Made by a program: the position numbers and the translations under genes | Shown: in pieces, positions 28,501-34,649 of the stretch | How the letters are laid out: each line of letters opens with the position of its first letter | Position numbering within the stretch: position 1 is the stretch's first letter | Notes under the pieces: generated by a model | Database searches by the model: none | What the model was told of the DNA's origin: nothing | The model's input: only the letters and a program-made list of their open reading frames with translations | Source of the DNA: Kiritimatiellia bacterium | GTDB lineage: Bacteria > Verrucomicrobiota > Kiritimatiellia > RFP12 > UBA1067 | NCBI GenBank assembly: GCA_900767325.1 | Contig: CAAFYT010000089.1 | Coordinates: 1-45,839, forward strand | Length of the DNA stretch: 45,839 bases | Reading direction: 5' to 3'

Positions 28501-29087
28501 ACCTCGGCGAGTGGGAGGACGAGTGGGAGATCGTTCGCACGTCCTTGCCCGCCAAGGTCGAATCCGACGGCAAGATCACCATCAGCCCGGCGCTTGTGAA
28601 GCTCGTATCCAACGTGACACGCTTCTCCTCGGGCATGTCGGGCGCGACGCTCACGACCTTCTCGGAGCCGACGTTCGCCGGTCTCGTCCTCTCCGATCCC
28701 GATTCGGATAGCGTTGATGTCCTTGCGGCCGTCCGTCGGGCGGTCGACAAGGGTGTCGTGCCGACTTCGCTGATGGTCACCGACGTCGAGTTCGACGTCC
28801 CCGCCGGGAAGGTCGCGCTTTCGATCGATTGCGCGGTGGACTACATCAACGCTGATCTCGCAGAAATCGCCAAGCGCATCTATGTGCTGGACGAGTCCGA
28901 CGTGGTGCCGGTCACGGTCAAGGTCCTGAAGAAGACGACCTTGGCTCAAGCCGATTGGGACGTGGCCTGCGAGATTCCGAATGTCATGCTCGGCAAGGGC
29001 GTGGTGGAGTTGCAGGTCTCCGACAACGGCGCGCCGCTCGATCCGACGGGATGCTACAAGGTCGTCCTCGAAGAGGATGTGCGCTGA
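16530..29087 (+). CDS. Giant ~4185-aa surface protein: Ig/beta-sandwich N-terminal region, >=12 thrombospondin type-3-like Ca-binding repeats, one LamG domain
   Basis: ATG 16530 is preceded by aaaggaaacgagg. Signal MKNKILSLIALAAIFACGSAMA (SPase I AMA, or lipobox IFAC). TSP3-like motifs include DTDEDGFPDGYEYW, DTDNDGLPDILEF, DTDGDGLPDGWEV, DTDGDGVPDGWEL, DTDQDGLPDPWEL, DSDGDGMDDYYELFHGLNP, DSDHDGLSDYHE, DVDHDGMADWWE, DVDNDGLSNYAEF and DEDHDGWSNYAEYRAGTDP (~20900-26160). LamG: FTVECWVRPE...WTHLAATYDGRKLVLFIDG...GYLDEVRIWDGARS (~24240-24900). Confidence 0.9.
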   Translation: MKNKILSLIALAAIFACGSAMAVGDIYDIRACKDAIGRWNDCAESELPLYTIDSPMVVGDDMYFKVRFIPRDQSGATWNLTYTGPFSPEMAKALTPLQMGIFVGGTNRLEFASCIETLESRVGPYTCLDLVFTYKVQPGDFALPIVTASIDERGNVVPTFNTDPKGTGYRGYYINPGSYQWKIYYGDTKQEAVWAISSQSFSPVPMRDLYLRKAGYVAKTVDFDKGDDYKKGDVWREVHQGSALTVNADPRIALTSVPTNSVRMYVWSTNENAVVVYPSSKVKVEKVTMKDPVTQKDVTYSVGEIVIEGGQQEAEFKIWGVSKTANGGNAGLVLSAYNHFNYENLSGDLIPDTLTIPVKCIDELPPTVSVRCDREVVYADEDYKEMAAQFTITASQALPVDVDVALKPMFADGEGGDEKWPDYMRFSTTGAFPSTSPDPSAYPTVRIPAGQTSADFTICLFALRSDDRTRGVGHGIAFKPIISDAQKAAAGIQLLEDALVTVQPAPARIIVPAEGVTLTPQPVRNDDYALTLQVNGTYADLNAGTTAGYKIYVRYPNKTFAALAGEYYVDSSDSEVEGGILKLLAKDPADGKMVKTETLPVLKFPTAGDDQTVEIYVVPPVSGSLGKSATRTVLANVKDLRSIVLTTTDGTENEYNEGATVNIKIKLSENSYDNPIYAFLRPVDSAYATNSLYRSVKGGSFMTCGMNGSDSISGIPIASPETEVTASFMFLDGYSRDNGGLNAGFEVILSEEQTSTNKVIKGFNSNQLNLTVYNVEPELTRFELNGVKYNDGDTATTKYPLGQDQVVKAIVKDVQYDLDNNFTCRWTPYCDDIPQEDGIKTIVGNPSNCTYTNNFPIAGHWKIELEIKDKDMSDWKATSYALYLDVVDQPQVSISAPETLDETARTQKILVGLGGYYDSSAAGGKPMDVMIHVIPPTGANPGEFKLAEEYRNTDPLLGPTEEGYYIIQIKDTKEHEIPISSLDGTMLSEGSGFKLEAYVVTKTVNPRTGVPWCDYYLLNSTKSYVLNVAPNNNDADGKAFSPLGDINTPSGRVEVAASRATERKITWRFRNDVEADMKAGVTIHISGGGGENYNEDGFTNGVKTVTESASGTYVPDFSGLTGDQQVMIEIEDKDGGNISQTWYFTIIASKTLNTFADGPSGGTDKQLSVKYQGAAGLGKGHVFIPGYSGVPGATQFRLSWNCGRNNIMYGYAYGYRVGAIDNGQLNGGNDIPIDSNGNTWTTGDPYYQYDDKTLDSFLYAWLKPTSAEGGDSEATINVTPEFSDGTVSAAEIRMPAQEASGEKDGSGYLPVTVEAVFSKEYIASDNIGDINADGIPDLYIANPYYDFTVDYSLFRGEGSDMASFKNMNDDEDFLPIGIGGTAIYPNFNGATEFTAYQEIRGLGDGLNNAPALAGITGAKPDPDFTDLELKSARTLGYTSAKDALDHGWSPERPSNPTVEDTDEDGFPDGYEYWFWYRAHVGYLDNGQIRRIQGEKYNPLHPEKGDVITWQEIEKVFDPITVNAEAADDINLVDTDNDGLPDILEFALGTNPIHWDTDGDGLPDGWEVLRTNLDPLKAATDDTHKDGTVNPDHDFMASMTLSGLTRITSVDAAGRAVHYATPIAYWDIMEAVQVTEEPLGTGWKVRIGEKDYIIKNGDLTESQVYVKVVDGEKEEYYLANDFKPTEAFAVSMAPGVAVRGLGAILEKGTKLDSAPVQAEWYEKRFVGFENSAGGMSPIGGNDADFERRGYSVWQYGKDGGYVMAGNKDVAVGTVVVEVAVADIKLLHHHVYQWRGFKLATDLAEKYGTLDERWDMGTGFDPTTAWNVDDHGYVHHRWWITPPSKPLSSFVRKIGYGATGMAADTEAYTTLDEYLLMNFRQHCGQVAEADLWADLHASPQKTYASIWAKNTTFPNNQTSTTTSTTTVTDEEGNTTTSTTDSASVSGWGADTDGDGVPDGWELYVSCGPYSLGNVLNNTLAISPLYNEIANNRPMDVDEDPIAGPTNPPEGDGLSYVAEFLGTDSMIAYADVDTIATTHPSDEHWLNKFWPTDPWSTDTDCDGVADGAESAGVHKVYSGMTCEWPADTGTYRIEGAGMNPCSWDTDQDGLPDPWELQYIGQYIPSTFYCTDVYQYRGYQLMCAMYGLEPSAAIFVNPAEEPGFFVGGMDPSVPDSYSETEYSLSEEILARRPLNINRDYDFDGLQNWQEYLTCTIRAFRYDDVLSPWKVPQKADFGATDEEFLDALVTGAPLNPLTDGGSNPNLVFGAFDSYAAYGSKCRRGWDLCYDHYYFFPDGVNHILRKDSNKLFTKSIYGQIIAEAGLSDEIDEDVGPVEYATCDPRDPDSDGDGMDDYYELFHGLNPLYGGKTGLDLISMQWGAGISAENNYWQLTRQNEARGDSKEKKARDFAIFPWMAGDPAADPDGDDIRNVDESIKPNIEANLTWLHTDPTPLWMTDTSSAHSLVNGYYRPPVLSLQWDGEIPRQIDGRDLPDVSAAPSHRWLLITPYNWAFEENDGYDSDHDGLSDYHEAAAKATATTDPQDEDDPRRRQAMYFTGDRSALQAKDDPIFGIGSSELFFLEFTVECWVRPERVGGARQTILERVVTHGASNPGDRRYYRRNFQLGIDETGHYYAAYDSNGTGVDRVIATSERTATADAWTHLAATYDGRKLVLFIDGVPFATTVSELHPAISGESAYTTLTYDNTVSMLDWDFDIWSYLRSITTEHAIIVGASAIEQTGSEDSKISALALDSKTSSWDAYDSFYQGYLDEVRIWDGARSEGEIRSDYKARYTFADVAANQKAVYKAWLDGARRDVTNLDVSNQLPPELAYHYTFDGLFSALSPEFMATEPNGFNATIENGGKALCARPEGYVCQWWADLPVHSLVYGNYAYVPWIPNTLAHLPRIDGTVLDSVYWSEDFVGFKSAAEMNYEKFDFPKTHELCGNYVPVVTGLGERETRNAIVLNGGTPLDEHVVSKQNFVTREEKLYTTDLLPLGNAYVRYCEDMWDGEGPSTVGDPSGKDVDFDYLPDWWEALQPGFVDLTTYDWETPITRNGLTRTAGEWYRIDIAAGAHETATGGTLADETYKSVADVDHDGMADWWEDFYGIDTHNSTDGFADVDNDGLSNYAEFLVSEVFNYAVLSPTNPRSDGFIVDYFRKFGDLYLGEVFTDHDQVNDDWEGRYPEFANRSLYDPSRDEDHDGWSNYAEYRAGTDPSKITAMGIEEYTKNEYPVPVIEAKVVYNGNDISLGQVVFKAWNEESDPDMNSVPDAIWTFGNGEAVEGDRVSTGGSSESGSSLVDYEKYIGKKPSGVQRYVLSGGAISEGSVRIAFCNPNFSIITFVDDVPVSMENGYPDDAEWFYNVFDKGGKLVHSALFGDDGEEDEIGTIDYKTGVITIDFDTFTGLHFGDYSSIASTASGSTETDAEKYYVYDIETSYVRIQWSAKLIGLTVNNTYYLSDSDVVSEAAKSHGHIREGKNTFVCYLVGGSGASGESSGEGEGASSITPGTPFGVVRGVDVGWQGAKFTVEIGETCGISPRIALWADVNDRDEKIDGANDVLLNDRTLALLNAQSSNSLDRAYWAQVVSNRVDVTPPQKDKVRVRVVRYGVDDMFYYMVAGLNPEPLIDKMFDANGRDFLCEADFLGDGIFDLDWETLKSEVVDNSAVKAANLPVTNMTYLVVIGDGEKAIHGSTDTNSVIRALGSVVTRRFEKTQSRPKAIGVIGGGDVVDRGIVFSARPTFVWSVPNEDAWAKRFGTTYTAFKIRVKDAKTGELIYNSGVVRAPAQEPDGSFRWMAPITVGAQTPQGKLFKNAANYTWDVAMYNAKFKPSANETDVWSSPDEGRFSTDVNMQQALNDRGFSSVDVSVKYAGPKAVLEKCGDLTDLRGKVRVQAFTTADFSGEPLSETQVTDFGSLVNLLDQDVNATLIGLPADGTYYVRAYIDMNGNFKKDDFESWGYAKDSAALSTTVSRKPALSIFIEDADTNGNWHPDAWEYAYLGEWEDEWEIVRTSLPAKVESDGKITISPALVKLVSNVTRFSSGMSGATLTTFSEPTFAGLVLSDPDSDSVDVLAAVRRAVDKGVVPTSLMVTDVEFDVPAGKVALSIDCAVDYINADLAEIAKRIYVLDESDVVPVTVKVLKKTTLAQADWDVACEIPNVMLGKGVVELQVSDNGAPLDPTGCYKVVLEEDVR

Positions 29088-29115
29088 CAGGAACGGAAAG
29101 GGAAGTGATAGGCAG

Positions 29116-30258
29116 ATGAAAAAGCAGATCAGGAAGGTATTGGTCGTCAATTCGGGGAGCTCGTCGCTCAAATACCAGCTCTTCGACATGAAGACCGAAA
29201 CGCGCTTGGCCAAGGGGTTGGTGGAGCGCATCGGGGCCGGTGGCCCGAAGAACCACACCGAGGCGCTCAGGCAGGTCGTGCTCGACCTCGGTTCGCCGAA
29301 GGACATCGATGCCATCGGCCACCGCATTCTTCACGGTGGCGAGGTGTTCAGGGATTCGGCGCTGATGACCAAGGCGAACATGGCGAAGGCCAGGAAGCTC
29401 GTGAAGTTCGGCCCGCTCCACATGCCGGCGAATCTGGGCGGCATCGAAGCGTGCGAGGCGATTTTCAAGGGCGTGCCGAACGTGGGCGTGTTCGATACGG
29501 CTTTTCATATCGCCACCATGCCGGATTGCGCCGGTATGTACGCGATCGACCCGCGGTACTACAGGAAGTACGGCATCCGCAAGTACGGCTTCCACGGAAC
29601 GAGCCACAAGTTCATCGCCGCGACCGCTGCCAAGTACCTCAAGAAGCCCCTCTCGAAGGTCAATCTCGTGACCTGCCACCTCGGCAACGGCTCGTCGCTC
29701 GCGGCGATCAGGAACGGTGGCGTCGTCGATACGACCATGGGTCTGACGCCGCTCGCCGGCCTTGTGATGGGTACGCGCTGCGGCGATATCGACGCGGCGG
29801 CCGTCTTGTCGATCATGTCGACCGAGGTCGTTTCGCCGGCCGAGATGGATACGATCCTCAACAAGAAGTCGGGCCTGCAGGCGCTTTCCGGCGTGCCGGG
29901 AGGGGACTGCCGGGATATCTGCGCCAAGGCGGAGAAGGGCGACAAAGGCGCTGAACTTGCGCTGGAGATGCTGGCCTATCGCGTGGCGCTCTACATCGGC
30001 GCCTACAACACCGTGGTCGGTGGTGCGGATGCGATCATCATGACGGGCGGCATCGGCGAGAATTCGGCCGAGGTCCGCTTGCGCATCCTCTCCCGCCTCG
30101 GTGCGCTCGGCATCAAGCCGGACAAAGCCGTCAACGCCAAGACGCGCGGCGTGACGGCCGTGATCTCCGCCAAGGGGTCGCGCATACCGGTGATCGTCAT
30201 GCCGACGAACGAGGAACTTATGATTGCAAGGGATACTGTAAAGGTGCTGTCGAAATGA
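29116..30258 (+). CDS. ackA: Acetate kinase
   Basis: KVLVVNSGSSSLKYQLFDM, GHRILHGG, VFDTAFH, YGFHGTSH, CHLGNGSS and TGGIGENS are the full set of AckA motifs. The ATG follows ggaaagggaag, 28 nt after the giant gene 3 stop. Confidence 0.95.
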   Translation: MKKQIRKVLVVNSGSSSLKYQLFDMKTETRLAKGLVERIGAGGPKNHTEALRQVVLDLGSPKDIDAIGHRILHGGEVFRDSALMTKANMAKARKLVKFGPLHMPANLGGIEACEAIFKGVPNVGVFDTAFHIATMPDCAGMYAIDPRYYRKYGIRKYGFHGTSHKFIAATAAKYLKKPLSKVNLVTCHLGNGSSLAAIRNGGVVDTTMGLTPLAGLVMGTRCGDIDAAAVLSIMSTEVVSPAEMDTILNKKSGLQALSGVPGGDCRDICAKAEKGDKGAELALEMLAYRVALYIGAYNTVVGGADAIIMTGGIGENSAEVRLRILSRLGALGIKPDKAVNAKTRGVTAVISAKGSRIPVIVMPTNEELMIARDTVKVLSK

Positions 30259-31292
30259 ATGCGATTGAGAAAATCATCGAAAAGGCCTCCCAGCTGAACG
30301 GTTCGGTCGTTCTTCCCGAGGGGCAGGATCCGCGTGTTATCACGGCCGCCTGCGCTTGCGTCGACCGCAGGATCGCGACGCCGATCGTGCTGGGAACGGC
30401 GGAGGAGATCGCCGCGGCCGAGGCCAAGGCCAACTTGAAGCTCGCGGATCGCGGCATCAGGACGATCGACTACACGCAGGGCGATGCGGAGCTCGAGAAA
30501 GCTTATCTCGAGGCGTGGAACCTGAAGGAGTCGAAGAAGCCCGCCGAGAAACAGAAGCTCATCGATCTCGCCGCGGCCGAGAAGACGCTGCGCGGCAAGC
30601 GCATCTACTTCGGCGGCATGATGGTGAAGCTCGGCAGGGTCGATGGGCTCGTCGCCGGCTCCATCGCCTCGACGGGCGACATGTTGCGCGCGGCGTTCCA
30701 TACGCTCGGAACCCAGAAGGGCGTGAAGACCGCGTCCAGCTGCTTCATCATCGACCTGAAGACGCCGACGGAGTCCGACGATGGCGTGTTGGCGTTCGGC
30801 GATTGCGGCGTGATCCCCAATCCGACGGCGGAGCAGCTCGTGGACATCGGCCTTGCGACCGCGCAGAGCTACCGAGATCTGACGGGTCAGGAGCCGCGCG
30901 TCGCCTATTTGAGCTTCTCGACCAAGGGGTCGGCTGCCGGCGATCTGGTCGAAAAGGTCCAGAAGGCGGTCGAGCTCGCCCGGCCGAAATTCGCCGAGGC
31001 TGGAATCAAGATGGATGGCGAGATGCAGTTCGACGCCGCGATCGTTCCCTCGGTCGGTCGGCAGAAGAATCCGAACGGCGAGATCCAGGGGAATGCCAAT
31101 GTCTTCATCTTTCCCGATCTTCAGGCCGGCAACATCGCCTACAAGGTCGCGCAGCGTCTGGGCGGCGCGACGGCGATCGGGCCGAATCTTCAGGGGCTCG
31201 CCAAGGCGATGAACGACCTCTCCCGCGGTTGTTCGGCGGAGGATATCGTCGCCACGGTCTGCGTCACGCTTCTGCAATCGACCACGAAGTGA
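30255..31292 (+). CDS. pta: Phosphate acetyltransferase (short PTA_PTB form)
   Basis: VVLPEGQDPRVI, MVKLGRVDGLVAGS, FGDCGVIPNP, LSFSTKGS, IFPDLQAGNIAYK. ATGA overlap with the ackA stop. Confidence 0.95.
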   Translation: MNAIEKIIEKASQLNGSVVLPEGQDPRVITAACACVDRRIATPIVLGTAEEIAAAEAKANLKLADRGIRTIDYTQGDAELEKAYLEAWNLKESKKPAEKQKLIDLAAAEKTLRGKRIYFGGMMVKLGRVDGLVAGSIASTGDMLRAAFHTLGTQKGVKTASSCFIIDLKTPTESDDGVLAFGDCGVIPNPTAEQLVDIGLATAQSYRDLTGQEPRVAYLSFSTKGSAAGDLVEKVQKAVELARPKFAEAGIKMDGEMQFDAAIVPSVGRQKNPNGEIQGNANVFIFPDLQAGNIAYKVAQRLGGATAIGPNLQGLAKAMNDLSRGCSAEDIVATVCVTLLQSTTK

Positions 31293-31299
31293 GGATGGG

Positions 31300-32289
31300 A
31301 TGACGAAGGAACGGCAACTGAATCGGGCGCGCGAGGTCTTCGAGGTCGAGATCGAGGGGCTGAAACGCACCCGCGATTCGCTGGGCGAGTCCTTCACGTC
31401 GGCCATTCGGCTCCTCTTGGCGACCGTATCCTCCGGCGGTATCGTCGTGGTGACGGGCGTTGGCAAGAATCTGCATGTTGCGGAGAAGATGAGCGCGATC
31501 TTCGCCTCCACTGGAACGCGTTCGATCGTGCTTAATCCCGTCCAGGCGATGCATGGCGATCTGGGAATGGTCTCCGCCAACGATGTGCTGATCGCGTTGT
31601 CGTTCAGCGGCGAATCCGACGAGGTCCTTCGCCTCATACCGGCAATTCGCCGACACGGACTGAAGGTTGTTTCGCTCACGGGCAACGCGGCGTCGAATCT
31701 GGCTCGGCTTTCGGATATTCACATCGAGATCCCCTGCGGGAAGGAGGCGTGTCCGTTCGGCATGGCGCCGACCAACTCGGTCACGGCGACGCTGGCGATG
31801 GGCGACGCCCTCGCGATGGTCATGATCGATGCGCGCAAGTTTTCCATCACGGACTACGCCGCGAACCATCCGGCGGGAGCGATTGGACGCGCCCTGGTCC
31901 TCAAGGTGTCCGACATCATGCGTACGGGCAGCCGGCTTGCGCTCATTCCGCCGACCGCGACCGTGATGGATGCGGCGCTGGCGATGACGCAGTCCAAGGG
32001 CGGCAGCGCAGTCGTCGTCGACGGAGCGGGCAAGCTGCTCGGCATCTTCACCGATGGCGACTTCCGCCGCATTCTGACGAGCGCGCCGGAGGGCGCCGCG
32101 CTTCTGGCCTCGCCGATCGAGCGGCATATGACGAAGAAGCCGCAGTTCGTGCATGATGACGCCTATGCGGCCGAGCTTCTGAAGATCTTCGAACGGAAGC
32201 ACATCGACGATTTGCCGGTGTGCGATCGAACGGAGAAGGTGGTGGGGCTTGTGGATCTACAGGACCTGCCGAAGATGAAGGTACTCTGA
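31300..32289 (+). CDS. kpsF: Arabinose-5-phosphate isomerase, KpsF/GutQ family (SIS + tandem CBS)
   Basis: SIS motif VVVTGVGKNLHVAEKMSAIFASTG...ALSFSGES. The C-terminal part has two CBS-like units (...LLGIFTDGDFRR..., ...VVGLVDLQDL). Confidence 0.85.
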   Translation: MTKERQLNRAREVFEVEIEGLKRTRDSLGESFTSAIRLLLATVSSGGIVVVTGVGKNLHVAEKMSAIFASTGTRSIVLNPVQAMHGDLGMVSANDVLIALSFSGESDEVLRLIPAIRRHGLKVVSLTGNAASNLARLSDIHIEIPCGKEACPFGMAPTNSVTATLAMGDALAMVMIDARKFSITDYAANHPAGAIGRALVLKVSDIMRTGSRLALIPPTATVMDAALAMTQSKGGSAVVVDGAGKLLGIFTDGDFRRILTSAPEGAALLASPIERHMTKKPQFVHDDAYAAELLKIFERKHIDDLPVCDRTEKVVGLVDLQDLPKMKVL

Positions 32290-32310
32290 TTTCAGGAAAG
32301 GAATACGACT

Positions 32311-33033
32311 ATGAAGAAACTGATGATGGTGACGGCGATGATGGCGACGGCGACCGCCCTGGCGGCCGGCGGCATGAAGCACGGCGCCGTGCAGGCGGGT
32401 GCCGGAAACCTCGAGGGCCCTTCGACCGAGGGCAAGGACGCGAAGATCGTTATCGACGTCTACCCGAAGCTCAGCAAGCAGGCGCTTCTCTCGGCGCCCT
32501 CGATTGGCGAGGCCTCGACCATTGGTCGGTGCTGGACGGGGCGTCCGCGCCAGTGGATCGTCCTGGAGACGAAGTACACCACATTCGCCAAGTGCCTTGA
32601 ACAGCTGACGTTCACCTGGCATGTCGTTCTGGATACGAAGACGGCGACCAACAAGGATCGCGACGACCAGTCCCGGCTCGCCCCCTACTCGTACTTCACG
32701 ACGACGACGACCTACGCCAACATTCCCCGCGGATCGCACGCCGCGTCGGTTTGCCTGCATCCCTCCTATCTGGAACGTTTCGGCGAGCCGGTCGCGGTCG
32801 GAATCGTCATCTCCAACCAGAACGGCGACATCCTCGGCGGCGATACGGTCGCCATCGGAAAGGACGTCGCCACCTTCAAGGGCAAGAAGTTCTGGGAGGA
32901 CGAGAAAGTCATGAACGCGATCTATCGGGATGACATCCCCATGATTGAGCGTCGCCAGGGCCTGCAGGATCGCTCCAAGACGATCTGGGCGCTGATCAAC
33001 CCCAATGACTACGAGCTGGTGGTGCAGCAATGA
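32311..33033 (+). CDS. Secreted hypothetical protein in the Amuc_1102 position of the pilus-like cluster
   Basis: Signal peptide MKKLMMVTAMMATATALAAGG, RBS aggaaagga upstream. I recognise no motif. The assignment rests only on gene order relative to the PilM-like, Amuc_1100-like and secretin genes. There is no prepilin G/FTLIE motif. Confidence 0.7.
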   Translation: MKKLMMVTAMMATATALAAGGMKHGAVQAGAGNLEGPSTEGKDAKIVIDVYPKLSKQALLSAPSIGEASTIGRCWTGRPRQWIVLETKYTTFAKCLEQLTFTWHVVLDTKTATNKDRDDQSRLAPYSYFTTTTTYANIPRGSHAASVCLHPSYLERFGEPVAVGIVISNQNGDILGGDTVAIGKDVATFKGKKFWEDEKVMNAIYRDDIPMIERRQGLQDRSKTIWALINPNDYELVVQQ

Positions 33034-34649
33034 GCAAGAAATTCCTGACTCTGAACATCGGCGCCTCGACCGTCGAGCTGGCCGAATACGAAGCGGGCGC
33101 GAAGGGCGAGCTGATGCTCGTCAACTACGGTGTGGCGAAGTTGGCGGCGCCGTTGGATGGTGGCAACGCCGAGACCATCCTCTCCCCCGCGCTGATGGAG
33201 ATCGTCCGCGAAAAGGGCATCCGCCCCGGGAAGGTGGCGATCGCGGTCTCTGGGCAGATGGTGTTTCCGCGGTTCGCTGCGGTTCCGCTGGCGGGCGGCA
33301 ACGAGAAGTTCGAGCAGATGATCCGTTACGAGATCGAGCAGAACATCCCGTTCCCGATCGACGCCATGGTTTGTGACCATCAGGTTCTGGGTGAAACGGA
33401 GAACGGCGACAAGTCGGTCATGATCGTCGCCGCGAAGATTGATCAGGTCGAGGCGCTGACTTCGGCGATCTCGGCCGTTGGATTCGAGCCGGAGCTTGTG
33501 GATGTCTCGCCGATCGCCCTGACCAACGTGATGCGCTTCAACAGCGCCGATGGCGAAGAGTGCAAGGTGCTTTTGGATATCGGCGCGAAGACGACCTCCC
33601 TGGTGATCGTCGAGGGCGACAAGCTCTACAACCGTTCGATTCCGGTTGCGGGCAACACCATCACAAAGGAGATCGCCACGGCCCTCGGATGCACGATGGA
33701 AGAGGCCGAGGCGCTCAAGCTCGAGAAGGGCTATGTCTCGATGGGGGGCGTCTCCGAAGACGAGGACGAGGTCGCCGACGGGATTGCGAAGGCCGCGCGC
33801 GCCGTGCTGACCCGCCTGCACGCCGAGATCTCGCGGTCGATCAACTTCTACCGCGGGCAGCAGCACGGCGGCACGCCGACCCGGCTCTACCTGACGGGTG
33901 GCTCGGCCCTGCTGCCGCAGATCGACGACTTCTTCCGCGAATCCCTGCAGATCGAGGTCGAGTTCTTCAATCCCTTCGAACGCATCGCAATCGGCCCCAA
34001 GGTCGATTCGTCGGCGCTGGAGAAGATCGACGGCGCGGTCATCGCAACGACTGCCGGCCTCGCACTTCACCTAGCGAAGGCGGCGCGCTTCTCCATCAAC
34101 CTCCTGCCGCCGTCGATCATCCAGGCGAAGGCCGAGCGGGCTCGCGTGCCGTTCATCGCGATCGGCGGCGCGACGCTGGCTCTCGCCCTGGTTCTCGTGG
34201 GGATCGGCGTCAAGTTCGACGCCGCGGTGATCGACGCGAAGCGCGAGGGCATCGAGGGACAGGTCGCCGCGCTGGACAGGTGCGATAAGGCGATCAAGAC
34301 CGTCGAGGCGAAGTACAAGACGATCGAGGCCGAAGCCGAAGCGCTGCGCAAGCTATTGGCTGATCGCGCGGCCACGGTGCAGCGGGTGAATGCCGTACGC
34401 AACTCCATCCTCGCCGGCACGGGAATGTGGATCGAGCGGTGGGATGCGAACGGCGTGACCTTCCGCTACTGGTTCGACCGCATGAAGAAGAACAACGGCG
34501 GCAAGCCCGTTGGCGAGCTGGTCGCGGACAAGATCAAGCACAGTGGCGCGGTCGATGCGGATTCGAAGGTCGTGGTCAACAACATGATCGAACTCGGCAA
34601 GGACGATACCAAGGCACGGCAATTCTCGGTGGAGTTTAAATTCAAATGA
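33030..34649 (+). CDS. pilM: PilM-like actin-fold ATPase fused to a PilN-like TM/coiled-coil region (Amuc_1101-type)
   Basis: LNIGASTVELAEYE, VDVSPIALTN, LLDIGAKTTSLVIVEG...NRSIPVAGNTITKEIA and LYLTGGSALLP are PilM/FtsA-like. These are followed by INLLPP, the TM segment VPFIAIGGATLALALVLVGIGV, and a coiled coil. ATGA overlap with the upstream gene. Confidence 0.85.
   Translation: MSKKFLTLNIGASTVELAEYEAGAKGELMLVNYGVAKLAAPLDGGNAETILSPALMEIVREKGIRPGKVAIAVSGQMVFPRFAAVPLAGGNEKFEQMIRYEIEQNIPFPIDAMVCDHQVLGETENGDKSVMIVAAKIDQVEALTSAISAVGFEPELVDVSPIALTNVMRFNSADGEECKVLLDIGAKTTSLVIVEGDKLYNRSIPVAGNTITKEIATALGCTMEEAEALKLEKGYVSMGGVSEDEDEVADGIAKAARAVLTRLHAEISRSINFYRGQQHGGTPTRLYLTGGSALLPQIDDFFRESLQIEVEFFNPFERIAIGPKVDSSALEKIDGAVIATTAGLALHLAKAARFSINLLPPSIIQAKAERARVPFIAIGGATLALALVLVGIGVKFDAAVIDAKREGIEGQVAALDRCDKAIKTVEAKYKTIEAEAEALRKLLADRAATVQRVNAVRNSILAGTGMWIERWDANGVTFRYWFDRMKKNNGGKPVGELVADKIKHSGAVDADSKVVVNNMIELGKDDTKARQFSVEFKFK

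Noticed and set aside
28981-29115. Upstream extension of ackA into giant gene 3
   Set aside because: The canonical AckA N-terminus (KVLVVNSGSSSLKY) begins just after ATG 29116. The extension overlaps the giant gene and is Arg/Ser-rich.
19974-29327. Minus-strand ORFs of 2252 aa and 813 aa antisense to giant gene 3
   Set aside because: They have the same shadow-ORF character: Arg-rich, no recognisable domains, and they span the sense gene's domain boundaries.
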